In this document: piece after piece, positions 52,784 through 53,359 of the stretch | Layout: each line of letters opens with the position of its first letter | How positions within the stretch are numbered: position 1 is the first letter of the stretch | DNA from: Candidatus Wildermuthbacteria bacterium RIFCSPHIGHO2_01_FULL_48_27b | GTDB taxonomy: Bacteria; Patescibacteriota; Minisyncoccia; Minisyncoccales; UBA10102 | Assembly (NCBI GenBank): GCA_001824915.1 | Contig: MHTS01000027.1 | Span: 1-53,359, forward strand | DNA: 53,359 bases | Direction: 5' to 3' | The notes under the pieces: generated by a model | Database searches by the model: none | The model's input: the letters and a program-made list of their open reading frames with translations, nothing else | Told to the model about the DNA's origin: nothing | Position numbers and translations under genes: made by a program

Positions 52784-53359
52784 CGCATGGAAAGCTCAAG
52801 GAAGGCGCCAACGACCAGTAATGCAACTACGCCAAATAAAATGGGTTGAGGAATTCTCAAGCTGTATTCTGGCTCGCGATCTCCTTTTTCTTTTATGGTT
52901 CTATAAATCAAAGCTATGACCGAGCCCTCCAGCCCTGCCACAAGAGCGCCTACTACGCCGATCACGAAAATGAATTCCCGTAGCCCCAACAGGAAAAGCA
53001 AAATCGGCGAAAAAATCGCCACCGCGACAGAGATGCCATATGGTACCTTATAATCATATCGAAGCGAGTTTTTCAGATAGTTTCCCAGCACCAAAAAGGA
53101 ACCTGCTATGGCAACCAGTCCAAACACAGCGCCAAGCAGCACTACTTTTTCTCCCAGAAAAGGGATAAGTCCGCTCAAAGCATCCTGCGAAGTTGCGGCC
53201 CCAGAAACTCCAACGACAAATAGGGTAAATGCAAAAAATAATCCTCCACAAATTACCGACGACCACACAATAAGATTGTCTAAACTTCGCTTTTCGGATG
53301 TATGCTTAAAAAGCTCTGCAATTTCAGGAATGGCGGATAACCCTAAAAATGAAAACAAC
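52780..53359 (-). CDS. amino-acid-permease-like membrane protein (N-terminus outside window)
   Basis: Open to the window edge. Multi-pass hydrophobic C-terminal part. ATGA overlap with acyP. Confidence 0.55.
   Translation of the reverse strand, partial: LFSFLGLSAIPEIAELFKHTSEKRSLDNLIVWSSVICGGLFFAFTLFVVGVSGAATSQDALSGLIPFLGEKVVLLGAVFGLVAIAGSFLVLGNYLKNSLRYDYKVPYGISVAVAIFSPILLFLLGLREFIFVIGVVGALVAGLEGSVIALIYRTIKEKGDREPEYSLRIPQPILFGVVALLVVGAFLELSMR

Noticed and set aside
1-53359. Alternative genetic code (UGA-to-Gly recoding, as in Gracilibacteria/Absconditabacteria) or global TAG/TAA reassignment.
   Set aside because: Long housekeeping ORFs are intact under the standard code. TGA, TAG and TAA all terminate well-defined genes: TGA at 11006 and 51154, TAG at 3003 and 5891, TAA at 9522.

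Overview
The window reads as an AT-rich, small-genome bacterial chromosome segment, Patescibacteria/CPR-like in gene content and style. Almost all genes are on the minus strand, tightly packed, and often joined by ATGA/TAATG overlaps. The housekeeping backbone includes metG, acs, a phosphoketolase, rsmI, glyQS, recO, ileS, argS, smpB-ssrA, infC-rpmI-rplT, polX, greA and DNA-repair nucleases.

Features that stand out on this backbone:
1. A complete diversity-generating retroelement (RT, Avd, TR, VR, target gene). All 17 TR/VR mismatches fall on TR adenines, and avd is inverted relative to the usual layout.
2. A HigB/HigA-like toxin-antitoxin pair.
3. At least nine sharply bounded GC-rich islands of one or two genes each. 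They carry DAHP synthase, pheA, hisB plus a HAD hydrolase, an FAD oxidoreductase, the DGR target and several unknowns, and sit behind AT-rich host-type promoters (often GGGGTTGACA-17-TAnnnT).
4. A run of short leader ORFs followed by terminator/antiterminator structures. An FFFFAFF peptide precedes pheA, a YSFWYFTF peptide precedes DAHP synthase, and an IEIISII peptide precedes a 54-aa gene. This is classical ribosome-mediated attenuation in an unexpected genomic context.
5. An IleRS carrying a complete histidine-phosphatase (PGAM-like) domain inserted in its catalytic core.
6. Two histidine-phosphatase paralogs, each interrupted by one in-frame stop codon.
7. A class-I-shaped tRNA with the Leu anticodon GAG.
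8. A roughly 350-nt GC-rich structured non-coding region.
9. Several unusual domain fusions: phosphoketolase + CoA-binding, tandem ATP-grasp, and PRTase + Lrp/AsnC.

All calls come from reading the sequence and ORF translations by eye. No database search or folding program was run.
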